Shown here piece by piece: positions 20,432 through 31,815 of a stretch of 64,000 nt of DNA. A program made the translations under genes and the position numbers. Source of the DNA: Marsupella aquatica (lineage: Eukaryota; Plantae; Marchantiophyta); assembly GCA_973895155.1 (NCBI GenBank), contig OZ316896.1, positions 18,402,754 to 18,466,753 of the forward strand, read 5' to 3'. The notes beneath the pieces were generated by a model. It made no database searches. It had not been told where the DNA came from and worked only from the letters and a program-made list of their open reading frames with translations. The first letter of the stretch is position 1, and each line of letters opens with the position of its first letter.

Positions 20432-21822
20432 TGTGGTATGGGTGTCCCTGCAATTTTTTCTGGAAACTTGTTTATTTTTAGCATATCACAAGATTTACTT
20501 ACACTTTAGACACCTTCCGGCCAACATTTACTTGTTCTGGACACTTATAGAAATATTTGACATCTCCGGCTTTCCTGACGATTCCTAGTGTACTTTGCCC
20601 GACGCTGTGACCAGCGCCCGTTTCTTTTACTCAAGACGCTGCGGAAGCGTCCAACCTCCTCATGACGCTTTTGGCAGTGCCCGACCGCCACCAAGACTCT
20701 ATGAGGATTTCGACCGACGCTGTGGAAAGCGTCAGCTTCAACACACGACGCTGTGAGCAGCGTCCACCCTAGTATTGACGCTGTGAGCAGTGTGAGCAGC
20801 GTCCGTTGGTTTTACTTAAGACGCTTCTAGCAGCGTCCAGATTCTCCCGACGCTTCTAGCAGCGTCCGCTCAACACTTAGTTTTTGAAGTAGATTACTAG
20901 TAAAGTAGTATTCTACCACCCTTGTTGAAGTACTTATGCTGTGCTTCTCCCTTGTTTAGTTTTAAGCTTGGAAAGGCACGACTGTTCTTACCTCCTCCAT
21001 TTTAGGATTCCAGCACTTATAAGACAGAGTAGAATGCTCATTTGAAGTAGAGAGAAATAGAGTTAATACTGTATTCAGAATTGAGTCTTCTGAATAGTTT
21101 TCTCCTCCTTCCATTGTAACAAGGCATGCTGTGAGTGTTTTGTATGGAAGTAAAGCTATATTGATTGAAGTTAAGATTGAATTCAAGAGATTCCTGTGGT
21201 GATTGAATTCAGTTGCAGATTTCTGAAACTCGTATTGAATTCACTGCTAGGCTTGCTTGCAGAGTCGGGATTCGCTAGCCAATTCAAGAATAGTTAATGA
21301 TAAATGAGAAGTAAATTCTGATTCTCAGAGTAGTTAGTACTGTTGCTTTGATTCTGGAATATGGTTTAGAGTTTGACTGAATTGCGTATCGCTGATGTCA
21401 AACCATGTTGACGGCATTTTAAATCATATCATTCATTTGCAATCAGAAAGCTTCTGCTTCATCAGATTGAGAATTCCATTATCATTAACCTTTGTGTTTT
21501 GAAGAGTGAGATGGATGAATTATGAGATAGATTTCATGTCTATACTGAGCCCAAATCCTTTCTGAAGGAGTGGCAGTAGCAGCTTGTAGTCTCTAAATCC
21601 TTACTCATTTCTTCTCTAATTCATAAATCAGAAGTTCAGTTACTTTGTTGTTTGTTTATTCGATTTTTTTTATTGAGAAGTGAAGTCAACATAGAGCTCA
21701 AGACTCTAAATCACTCGGAGTGATAAAAGTTATACAATTCATTCTGAAATCTGTTCTTAAAGGGATCGAAACCCTGGTTTTAGGTGAGGAGAGTCACTTT
21801 TGATACTTAGCACTATACGACA
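20432..21822 (+). repeat. 3' LTR of element B (1,391 bp)
   Basis: Direct repeat of 8612-10002, followed by the TSD GAGAG. Confidence 0.96.
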
Positions 21823-23726
21823 GAGAGTTTTGGAGATACTACTACCTTAAGAAGACTGAGGCCAGTTACATATTTGACCTCAGAAGTTTCGGAACTTCAA
21901 GAGTGGAGATGGCTCAATTTGATGAGTTCTGGACTGACTCAATCTACTTCCGACCCATCCTTGCTATGATGCTACTTCAAGGGGATGTAGAAGTAGAAGA
22001 TCCAGATTTGGTTTTGGCCTATTTCGGGAATTTTGCAGCTTACGCTCTGGACTTTGTGATTTCTTTTCTCATGCAGAGTAAGAAATCCACTTCTCACCAG
22101 AACTCTTACATTCCACGAGAGCCGAAGGTTGTCCTTGTTTCCACCAGTTCCCTAGCTGAGAAACAGAGGATCTGGAATAATGTCACTACTCAGACCCTGG
22201 CTCATTTCAACCGATATTTTAAAGATGTCAGATGGAGACTTCGACCCTTCTATTCCAGGATGATGAATAGTGATGAGTTTCTGCATCACTATCCCCAAGT
22301 ATATGCTGCCACCTGCAACAACTATGATGTACTAGGGATATACAGAGAAGCTCTTCGTATAGATTCCTGTTATTTGATGAAGCGAATGCCTTTGATGTAT
22401 CCTGAGAGACAACTAAGGTGCCTACCCTACTCTCGAGGATCACCACGTCAAACTGAGCTGATGGAGGTAACACAGAATCGGACTGTCACCTACGTGGAGC
22501 TGCTCGAACCCGATGATATTCGACAACAAGCTTGAAGGAGACTATCTTTTTAGCTAGTATTGAAAAGTATAGTACTTTTACCAATTTTTCTAAATGTGTT
22601 GTAGAGCTTTAAAAGCTATGAGACTTCTTTAGGCTGTAGTCTGTACCTAGGAAACCCTACTGGAAAAATTTCAGAGTTTTCCGAACCAGGAGTAGAAAGT
22701 TAAAAATAGTTGAATCTACTCAATTTTTAGTATACTGAAATTAAGAGTTTAAGAGTTTAAGTTTTTACGTTTTTAAGAGTTTAAGTTTTTAAGAGTTTAA
22801 GAGTTCATACTTAGCCATTTTTTCCGGCTTTCCACTTATTGAATCGTCGTTTTGACTTTTTGAGGGTTATGAAGAGGCATGTCTCTTCGACCCTGTGACC
22901 TCTTATTCTGTAGTTCATCACTATTTATACCTCTTCCCCTAGTGTAGAGAGATGGTTAAGTTTTGCAGTTTTGCCTCTCCCTTGTGTTAAACTAGTTGAT
23001 CATGAATCTATGAGTTCGAGATCAGGTTTAACATTTGGAGAGACTTACCTCCTTCTTGTATTTTGGAACCCAAATACTTGAAGTAAAACCTCAGTTATGA
23101 ATCTCGTGAATTATAATGTCAGATTCCGCTTTGGTGACACATTGTAATCTCACAAGTTCTTAGAGTTAACTCATTGAGTTTAAGTTGCATTGGAAATGAT
23201 GTTTTCACCTTCATGTTGCTTAGTACCATCTAAATGCTGAAGTATTTATCCTTTTAGATCTTGACTAAATATCACTTAGGAAGAAAGGTCAAGACATGTT
23301 GCCGGCATTTTAAAAGGATACTCTAGTATGCAGTTTAGATCTGAAAAGCCGTGTGGATTTGGATTCCCTTTAAAGTCATTCCATTATTACTTATGTCTAA
23401 GGAGTAACCTTGGTCTATTCCAGACTCCCTTAAGCATACTCTGAGAGATTTTTCCTTGTGTTTTGTTAATTGCAATCTTTTGCTTAATTGAAGGTTATCT
23501 GATGTTGAGTTATCATCAAAAACTACTCACCGCTGTGGAGCGATCTTCAAAGTACCTGATTAAAGTAGTCAAGATTGATTACTATGTGTGACACAAGAGC
23601 TTAAAGCTTTGTTTTTAGTTTATTACATCAAACCAACCCCATCTTGTTCTTAAAGGGAACGAATACCGAGTTTGGAGACTTTAAAATGTGATTTTTGGTT
23701 CTCTATGGCAAACTACATGAGATTTT

Positions 23727-23744
23727 TGGCGCCGCTGCCGGGGA
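23727..23744 (+). promoter_or_regulatory. Primer-binding site, tRNA-Asp type (family A copy 2)
   Basis: TGGCGCCGCTGCCGGGGA, with a 9-nt spacer after the LTR end CTACA. Confidence 0.88.
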
Positions 23745-23839
23745 ACAAATCAAGGATGGTTTGAAGTACAGGCAGTGAATGCCAAAAGGAGGTTAATTCA
23801 GTGAATCTGGAATAAACAAAAGAAAGGTGGAAGTTGACC

Positions 23840-24007
23840 ATGGAACCCCAAGGAGAATGGGAGTTCCCTCCATTACAAATTCGATCTTTCACAATGGAAA
23901 ATGCACCAGAGGCATTTAGGGAGAGATTTGGAGGTGAAACTCCTTCCTCAATTTTGGAAAGAAAGAGAAAAGCTAAAGCCAAGAAGGAAAGACGAAATGG
24001 GGCTTAG
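23840..24007 (+). CDS. Small leader ORF (55 aa, basic C-terminus), family A copy 2 (also 36015-36182)
   Basis: MEPQGEWEFPPLQIRSFTMENAPEAFRERF...RKRKAKAKKERRNGA; below the ORF-track cutoff. Confidence 0.3.
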   Translation: MEPQGEWEFPPLQIRSFTMENAPEAFRERFGGETPSSILERKRKAKAKKERRNGA

Positions 24008-24034
24008 TGGGGGAATACCCTTCCCAAGAAAGAG

Positions 24035-24895
24035 ATGGTGAGGAAAAGCAGACCTCAGAAAAGAGAAAGAGCCTTGATTAGGTCAAGGGATAATCAAACA
24101 CACACGATTATCAGTGCCACTGCAAGAGAGAGAACAACTATTTTGAGAAGGCAGGTGTCCAACATCAGAGGAGGAAGCTACTTTTGGGGTGGCGAATTGG
24201 TGAAGGTTGACTCCTGGGACACCAATATTTTGTATGATTGTATATTTGTTTTCAGAAGAGCCCTAGATGGAAGACTGGAATTGATTGAAGCCACTCAAGA
24301 TGAGGAATTTGATGCCAATTTTATTCCCCCCTTACTAAAAGAACATGACATTAAGGAGGAAGTATTGGAGGAGGAACTTGAACATCAATTAAGGGAAACG
24401 TTGGATAAGTTAAAAGGGAATCCATTGTGGAGAAACCAACTTGATTATGTTTTAACAGAGTTTTACCAGAATAATCCCAATTTAATACTTAGGGAGGAAA
24501 GACCAGTTATGACCTCCAATAGAAGAGAGTTGGTTGACACTTGTAAATGGCATGCCGGAAGTGGATGGGTTCCATTGAAATGGAAGGAGGCAACTACCCA
24601 AAGGACATCCTTTAAGTGGACCATCCCACTCCCTCACTGCTCTGAATTAACTGATGTAATGGTTTTTAAGAGAGTTTGGATTGATGATGAGGAATACAAG
24701 TTGCAGCCCATTAAGGAAGAACATGATTTAGAATTTTTAATAAGCAAGAAGGGGCAAATTAGTAACGGGGTTACTGAAGAAGAAGAACTAAGAATTAAGG
24801 AGGTGTTGGAAAAATTACACCATGTTGAACACCCTTGGGTTGATGCCCTGGACACTCTAGAAAATTTGTTAAACAACTACCGGACCTCAGCATAA
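24035..24895 (+). CDS. Family A leader ORF (286 aa) with an internally duplicated domain, unknown function
   Basis: Long ATG ORF between PBS and gag with two copies of D..VF[RK]R...EE.E..L.E.L.KL...W...LD. Confidence 0.7.
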   Translation: MVRKSRPQKRERALIRSRDNQTHTIISATARERTTILRRQVSNIRGGSYFWGGELVKVDSWDTNILYDCIFVFRRALDGRLELIEATQDEEFDANFIPPLLKEHDIKEEVLEEELEHQLRETLDKLKGNPLWRNQLDYVLTEFYQNNPNLILREERPVMTSNRRELVDTCKWHAGSGWVPLKWKEATTQRTSFKWTIPLPHCSELTDVMVFKRVWIDDEEYKLQPIKEEHDLEFLISKKGQISNGVTEEEELRIKEVLEKLHHVEHPWVDALDTLENLLNNYRTSA

Positions 24896-24977
24896 AAGAG
24901 GACAACAGAGGAGCGGATTTCCCCAAATTACAATCTTGATTTCAACTTTGAATAAGCAATTTGGTGAAATAATTGAA

Positions 24978-25229
24978 ATGCCTCCAATCAGGTCTTTAGG
25001 CACTTTGAGAGTAAGAAATTTGCATAATCGGTATGTTCAAACATGGGTACTGTCCCTAAGAGGACGAAGGGGTGTTCATTGGTTATCTATTACCTGGTGG
25101 GAAGGAGGCATTTTGCATCTGGTTATTTTAAAGTTAAATGGTAGAATTACAGGAGAAGAGTATGTTATCATTTCTATACAAGAATTAGCTAGATCCTTGC
25201 TTCAAAGGCAAACTAGGAGACACAGATAA
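24978..25229 (+). CDS. Conserved 83-aa leader protein (MPPIRSLGTLR family), family A copy 2
   Basis: Protein-level conservation with the element B homolog despite many third-position differences. Confidence 0.75.
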   Translation: MPPIRSLGTLRVRNLHNRYVQTWVLSLRGRRGVHWLSITWWEGGILHLVILKLNGRITGEEYVIISIQELARSLLQRQTRRHR

Positions 25230-25668
25230 CATTAGTTAGGTCAAGAAATTTGTTAAGTACACCTACTCTCCTAAAAATGGGCGCTGCCGAGAACTGAAGG
25301 GACGGCATTACGAGTAAGCCTTTACGTTTTTCTTTAGAGTTGAAGTTTTACGAGTAAACATACTCGAGTAAGGGTATAATAGTTGACGACTTACGAGTTG
25401 CGAGTTGACGACTTACGAGTTGAAGGGCCGCGATGAACAGGCGCGCCACTTCAACACTTGACCACTCGCTGCGACTGTTGGGGTGTACACCCCCTGAGGG
25501 TTACGAGAAGAGGCGCCATCAAGGGCCACGACGGTGCGAAAGGGTGCCAGCGGGAGGAACAATGGAAGAACGCGACCCCTCCATGCAAACTTAGACTCCC
25601 AAAGGAAACCAGAGTCAGTCCCAAACCATTAACTCGCTCCTGAAGATTGCCGACTTTCAGGATGAGGA

Positions 25669-28600
25669 ATGTCTGATAAAGGGAAGCGAAGTTGGAGATT
25701 AAGACAAGAAGAAAAAGCAAGATCAGAAGCACCACCAACTCCCCTTAATCCTAGGGGACTATTGCCCGAATTCCAATCCCCAGATTACCCAACACCGGGA
25801 AATGTAGTAGAGCGAGTTACCCTCATCCAACGAAATGAAATAGAAGGAACAGTAGACAAGCCTGCAACAAGTCGACCAACAATTTATAAATTACGCTCTA
25901 GGGATGTCCAATACATCTCACCTAAGCCTAAGAAGAAAGAAATTGACATAGCCAAACCACTGAGACGAACACAAAGCTTGGATGAATATGAGGGAACACC
26001 TGCGTTTCAGATAATTGGAACAGGAAAAACTACCAATACAAGGCATGAAAGCATAATTGAAGGAGGAATTCAGCAAATTGAATCTTTAAAATTTAATTCT
26101 GACTCACCTTTACTTCAAAGAACGCCTATTGATGAATCTGTCAGATTAGCAGAAGCACTACCCTCGCTTGGTTATGGAAGTGCCAGCAGCAGCTTAAGTG
26201 CGATAAGCACTCCAAATTCCGTAAATTCAATTTCACCATTAACATCTCAAGGATCAGTCACCAGCACTAGCTCACAATCTCTGAGAGCCTATCCTCCAAT
26301 TAACCCAATTCCGGTTCCTATAAGACGACCTCAAATGGCTCGAAATAATATTCGATACGATACCTTTAAGGGAACATCTAAGGAGGATGCTGAGACTTTC
26401 CTCAAGGAATTTGAAGCTGCAGCCACCTCAAATGGGCAAACCCAGGATGCTGAAAAAGCCACGATTTTTGGAGGGTTATTAAAAAAGAATGCTCAAAAAT
26501 GGTATGATCGATTTCCAGATAAGAATGACTGGGGAAAAACCAAGACCGGTTTCTTGGACAAATATAAGGAGGATGGTGTTGAGGCAAGGGCTTTTGCTAG
26601 AATCTCTCAACTAACCATGAAGAAACATGGCTCAGTGAGAAAGTACGCAGATAAATTACTAGATCTAGTGGATAAATATAATCCCAATACAGCCAAGTCC
26701 ACCACGAGAGATTGGTTTATTAACGGGCTGCCCTCCCGAATTGCAAGGTATGTAAGACGAGAAGGTGGTACAACCTTTGAGGAAGCTCAGGAAGCAGCAC
26801 AAAAATACGTGGACTCAGAAGTTTCTGAGAAGAAAAGAGTAAAAAAGGATTTGAAGAAGGGTAAGAGAAAGGATAAAAAGAAAAAGTCCTCTTCAAGCTC
26901 GGAGTCTGGTGATAGCGACACTACCACTACTGAAGGAACTAGTTCCGACTCGGGCTCCAGCAGTAGCTCAAGCTCCAGTCCAAGTTCTGACGATGCGGAC
27001 ACCAAGACCAAAAGGATGCAGAAAAGCACGGTACCTCAGAAAGCCAAGACCCTGGATAAAATGATGGATTCCTTGACTAGTAAGTTGAATAAACTCTCTG
27101 TGAATGCCGCTATATTTAAACCAACTAGGAAACTCCCACCCACCATACGAAATAATGTGTGGTGTACACGCTGTAATAACCAAGGACACTATCATCATGA
27201 GTGCCCTTCATTGCAACGAGCTGTCAATTATGGAGAAGAGGAAGAGTTATTAGACTATGGAGATACCTATGCGGTCCAAGCACCGTTTGCAGGGCAATAC
27301 TTTCCCCCTGCTGCGGGACCACCTTCATGGGCCCAACAAAAATCCGCAGGACCTTCCTCATTTAATCGGCCTATACCAAGACCACCGATGGGACCTCCGG
27401 GAGGCTATCCACCCAGAGGAGCACCACGAGTACAAGGAACCTGCTATAATTGTGGTCAACCAGGGCATTACTCACCAGAATGTCCGTACCCAAAGAGAGA
27501 AGTAGGGTACACACCAATTTGTGGCAACTGTGGAAAGGAAGGTCATCTCCCTGTGGAATGCCCAAATCCTCCGAAACCCAAGATGATGGTAAGATTTGCT
27601 AAAGAGCCTGTGAAGGAAGCACCCAGACCTGAAGAAGTAAGGATGGTATATAGCCAGGAGAATCTGGAGCAATGCAGTCATGTGACCATAGAAGCAGAAG
27701 CTGAGGAGGAGGTGCATAATATCTATACCCAAAGTCTATCAGGCACTATTCCGGATGTTGATTTGGAGCACTTAGTACAAGACCATGTTGTGGGAATGCC
27801 CAACCTACGGGTCCAAGAACGGGACCGTGTTTTGGAAACTTACGCCACTACCAGATCCAAGTCTCATCATGAGAAGAAGCACGGTGAGGATGGTTCTAAG
27901 CGGAAGAAATCATCCAAACAGAAGAGCAAAACAAGGATACCGGCAAAGGAAGGTATCCCAAAAGAGGATGACCCAGCCTATGACAGGTATGACCCCAAGT
28001 ACTTCCAGCCCGACATATCTACAGAGGTTAAAACTCAAATACATGAGTTAACCAAGGATGCACCCCTGCTAGTGGAACGGAAGGAAGTCCCTCCAGAGCT
28101 AAAAAAGCCTGAACCCAAGATGACCTTGGTACCAACACTCAAACCAAAGGGGTATGATATCGTGGACGTTGTCAAGAGCCAACCTGCCAACATTACGATT
28201 GGGGAGCTATTAGTAGACAATCCCACTTATAAAAAGCAGTTAAGAACCTTGCTGACAGGAAGGAGGAAAAGAAGGAAACTACCTTCTGTGGAGGCCTTGA
28301 GACTAGAATGGGAAGATAAAGGACCTCCGGAAATTGAAGTTCAGGTCATGGGGTGTGTAATACCCGCAGTACCAGTAGACGGAGGATCGAGTGTGAACAT
28401 CATGACCGAGGAAACAGCATCCAACATTGGCATCCATAAGTTTGAAAAGACCTTACAAATACTACGCATGGCCGATCAATCCAGAGTAGTGCCAGTAGGA
28501 AAACTTATTGGGATCGACACAATTATTGGGGGCCTGACTTTCCCCTTAGATTTTGTAGTTCTCCGACCTGAAGTTCCCTCCTCCTATCCTTTGCTATTAG

Positions 28601-28866
28601 GGAGACCCTGGTTATATAAGGCCAAGGTCAAGGTTGATTGGCACCAACGACAGATGTCCTTTGGGACACCCCGAGTCACTATCAGTTGGATGGATGAACC
28701 ACATATGGGCGAAACCCAATCAGATGATGGGTACACTTCTGACTTCTCAGATTCTACTCTCCTTATCAAAGCTCCCAAGTTTGAATCTCTAGAAGTCGGA
28801 TATCTTGATATCATGGAGGTCGAGGGTGACACACCAAGTGAAGGGACTCACCCACCAGTCTCCTGA
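25669..28866 (+). CDS. Family A gag-protease (1065 aa), copy 2
   Basis: Capsid-like region, three CCHC knuckles, DGG-type retropepsin. Confidence 0.93.
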   Translation: MSDKGKRSWRLRQEEKARSEAPPTPLNPRGLLPEFQSPDYPTPGNVVERVTLIQRNEIEGTVDKPATSRPTIYKLRSRDVQYISPKPKKKEIDIAKPLRRTQSLDEYEGTPAFQIIGTGKTTNTRHESIIEGGIQQIESLKFNSDSPLLQRTPIDESVRLAEALPSLGYGSASSSLSAISTPNSVNSISPLTSQGSVTSTSSQSLRAYPPINPIPVPIRRPQMARNNIRYDTFKGTSKEDAETFLKEFEAAATSNGQTQDAEKATIFGGLLKKNAQKWYDRFPDKNDWGKTKTGFLDKYKEDGVEARAFARISQLTMKKHGSVRKYADKLLDLVDKYNPNTAKSTTRDWFINGLPSRIARYVRREGGTTFEEAQEAAQKYVDSEVSEKKRVKKDLKKGKRKDKKKKSSSSSESGDSDTTTTEGTSSDSGSSSSSSSSPSSDDADTKTKRMQKSTVPQKAKTLDKMMDSLTSKLNKLSVNAAIFKPTRKLPPTIRNNVWCTRCNNQGHYHHECPSLQRAVNYGEEEELLDYGDTYAVQAPFAGQYFPPAAGPPSWAQQKSAGPSSFNRPIPRPPMGPPGGYPPRGAPRVQGTCYNCGQPGHYSPECPYPKREVGYTPICGNCGKEGHLPVECPNPPKPKMMVRFAKEPVKEAPRPEEVRMVYSQENLEQCSHVTIEAEAEEEVHNIYTQSLSGTIPDVDLEHLVQDHVVGMPNLRVQERDRVLETYATTRSKSHHEKKHGEDGSKRKKSSKQKSKTRIPAKEGIPKEDDPAYDRYDPKYFQPDISTEVKTQIHELTKDAPLLVERKEVPPELKKPEPKMTLVPTLKPKGYDIVDVVKSQPANITIGELLVDNPTYKKQLRTLLTGRRKRRKLPSVEALRLEWEDKGPPEIEVQVMGCVIPAVPVDGGSSVNIMTEETASNIGIHKFEKTLQILRMADQSRVVPVGKLIGIDTIIGGLTFPLDFVVLRPEVPSSYPLLLGRPWLYKAKVKVDWHQRQMSFGTPRVTISWMDEPHMGETQSDDGYTSDFSDSTLLIKAPKFESLEVGYLDIMEVEGDTPSEGTHPPVS

Positions 28867-31786
28867 CATGAGGAGAGGGCAGAGGAAGACACCCGGATGG
28901 GCGGAAATCAAGATATAAGGAAGGCGCTTACCTGGGATGACATTTCACCAAACGAAACAGATGGAATTGTCGATCTCCGAAAATGTCAGAAGATTGAGAT
29001 CGAACCCGGAAAATTTTTAAATATCAGTAATCATATTGAAGGAGAGTTAAGGGAAAAATATATTGATTTGCTTACTCAGTATAAGGATGTATTTGCCTGG
29101 AGCCATAAAGACTTAAAAGGGATACCACCTCACTTAGGAGAGCACAGGATTGACTTAACTGAAGGAGCAGTTCCAGTAAGGCAAAGACAATATCGTTTGA
29201 ACCCAAAATATTCTATGCTTGTCAAAGAGGAACTTGATAAGTTGACCGCTGCTGGTTTTATTTACCCAGTCCTTAGCAGTGAGTGGGTTTCACCCATTGT
29301 AATTGTTCCAAAGAAACCCGGACCAGATGGGAAGCCAAAAATCCGAGTATGTCAAGATTTCAGGAAGCTGAATGCTGCTACTAGAAAAGATCACTACCCC
29401 TTACCATTCATAGACCTTGTGTTGGATATGGTTGCTCTTCATGAACTTTATAGTTTCCTAGATGGATACTCCGGCTACAACCAGGTGTCAATCCGTGAGG
29501 AGGACAGAGACAAAACCACCTTCACTACGGATTGGGGAACGTATGCTTTTCGAGTTATGCCCTTTGGCCTGTGTAATGCACCTGGAACTTTCCAAAGGAT
29601 TATGATGATTATTTTTCAGGATTTTCTCAGAAAATTCCTGGAAATCTTTATAGATGATTTTTGTGTTTATGGATCAGCCACCCAACACCTGGATCACTTA
29701 AGACAAACGTTCCAACGCTGTAGGGAATCACAGTTGTGTCTACATCCTGAGAAATGTTTCATTGGTATGAAGGAAGGTATTCTGTTAGGACATGTTATCT
29801 CCCAAAGAGGAATCGAAGTGGATGCAGAGAAAGTTCGAATTATTCTGGCATTACAACCCCCTGGAAATTTGAAGGCGTTGCGAGGCTTCCTAGGCTATGT
29901 GGGGTATTATAGAAGATTTATACGGAAGTATGCTGACCTTGCCATGCCTTTAACCCAGCTCCTTAAGAAGGACGTAGCATATGTATGGACTGCGTGCAAG
30001 GCAAACAGCCTTTGAAGTTTTAAAAACCAAACTAACTGTTGCGCCCATTCTACAACCGCCGGATTGGCAGAAACCTTTTCATGTCTATATTGATGCCTCA
30101 GCTTTTTGTGTGGGCGCTGCCTTAAGTCAACTGGATGATGAGAAGAAAGACCACCCTATATATTATGCCAGTAGGCAAATGAATAGTGCTGAAAAGAATT
30201 ATACGGTCACAGAGAGGGAGGCCTTAGCAGTCATTTTCTCTTGTAAAAAGTTCCGGCACTATCTTCTGGGTTATAAAACTATTTTCCACACGGATCATTC
30301 TTCTTTAAAATACCTAGTGAATCAGGCAGATTTAAGTGGGCGCATTGCTAGGTGGGTACTTCTTTTACAAGAATATGATTATGAGGTACAAGTTCGAGCC
30401 GGGAAACACCATGAGAATGCAGATTTCCTATCACGATTGCCTGGAGCTCCTAGTGCCGAACCTTTGTCTGATCAATTTCCGGACGAACAGCTATGGCATT
30501 TGGAAGGAGAAGAATCAAGGTACTTTGACATTGTTCAGATGCTTACTCACGGAATTTATCCACCAGGGTTGAATGCAGAAGAAAAAGCTGTTTTCCTCTA
30601 CAAAGTAGGACCATATACTATTGTGAGGGGTGTTCTATTTAAATTATTGCCAAATCAGAGACTTCACCGTTGCTTGGAAGCTCAAGAAGTTCCAAAGGTC
30701 ATTTCAGCCTTACACACTGAAGCCTCCGGTGGACACTATGCCGTAAATACAACTGTTAAGAAAATTAAGGACGCTGGATTTTGGTGGCCTACCATGCATA
30801 AGGACACTTATAACTACATTCAAAGCTGTGACCCTTGTCAGCGAATAGGGAAGCCTACTGCAACATCAAAATGGCCTCTAACACCCATTTTGCCTCTAGC
30901 TCCATTTGAGAAATGGGGGATAGACTTTATTGGCCCCATTTCCCCTGCTGCTAGACGAAGTAGAAGCAGATATATCATTCTTGCTACGGACTACCTCACC
31001 AAATGGGTGGAGGCTAAGCATACTAGGAAGAATGACGCTGCCACAGCCGCCAATTTCTTATTTGAAAACATTATTACCCGGTATGGCTGTCCCTTGGAAT
31101 TGGTAAGTGATCGAGGCCTGCACTTCCTTAATGAGACAATTGAGCTCATCACTGAGAAATATCTGATTAAGCATCGAAAGACCACCCCTTATAATCCCCG
31201 AGCTAACGGATTGACTGAAAGAGCTAATGGGTTAATGGGCAAAATATTGAATAAAATGGTGGAAGCACATAAAACGGATTGGGACATCAAACTCCACTCT
31301 GCTTTATGGGCTTACAGAACTGCAGAAAAGATTACTACCTTGAGAACGCCCTTCTACTTAACTTTTGGTATGCATAGTGTTACCCCCATTGAATTTGAAC
31401 TACCTACTGAACGGCTTCTGATCTCTGAGAGGTTACCTGAACTTGATAGTTTCCACACTAGGTTGGAAGTTCTGGATGAATTAGAAGAACATAGACTTCT
31501 AGCGTTACAGCATACCATACAACAACAGGATAAACGGAAGATGGCCTATGATAAGAGGTTAAAAATACCGACACTACAGCCAGGAGATTTGGCGCTTGTG
31601 TATGACTCTAGGTATATGTTCTTCCCTGGGAAGCTTCACACTCACTGGATCGGCCCTTACAGAGTTGTTACCGTATGGCCTAATGGGTCTTTAACTTTGG
31701 AAACCCTGAATGGAGAACCTCTTGATACCAGAATCAATGGATCCAGAGTGAAGAAATATTATATACCCCACTCTAATGGCTTGTGA
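28867..31786 (+). pseudogene. Family A pol, copy 2, +1 frameshift at ~29994
   Basis: ACTGCGTGCAAGG versus intact ACTGCAGCAAGG (copy 1, ~4604); split into 372-aa and 601-aa ORFs. Confidence 0.92.
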
Positions 31787-31815
31787 GGGCACGGCGCCGT
31801 TTGAGGAGAGGGCTA

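Larger units (their letters stand above)
8612..21822 (+). mobile_element. Full-length nested Ty3/gypsy Athila-like LTR retrotransposon, family B (13,211 bp)
   Basis: TG...CA LTRs and a 5-bp TSD GAGAG (8607-8611, 21823-21827); the empty site CAATTG-GAGAG-TTTTGG is present in A copies 2 and 3. PBS, PPT and intact gag-PR and pol are present. Confidence 0.97.
6905..22535 (+). pseudogene. Family A accessory ORF3, copy 1, disrupted by a nonsense codon (TAG 7085-7087) and by the element B insertion
   Basis: Colinear with the intact 804-aa copy at 32296-34710 on both sides of 8612-21827. Confidence 0.9.
6425..23717 (+). repeat. Family A LTR 1 (4,077 bp under the long-LTR model), interrupted by element B
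   Basis: TGTAG...CTACA termini, preceded by a PPT and followed by a PBS. The 3' end is secure; the 5' end is inferred (alternative start TGTAGTCTG at 22635). Confidence 0.6.

Noticed and set aside
29981-30015. Programmed frameshift between RT and RNase H
   Set aside because: Copy 1 and element B are continuous here and there is no slippery site; it is a mutation shared by copies 2 and 3.
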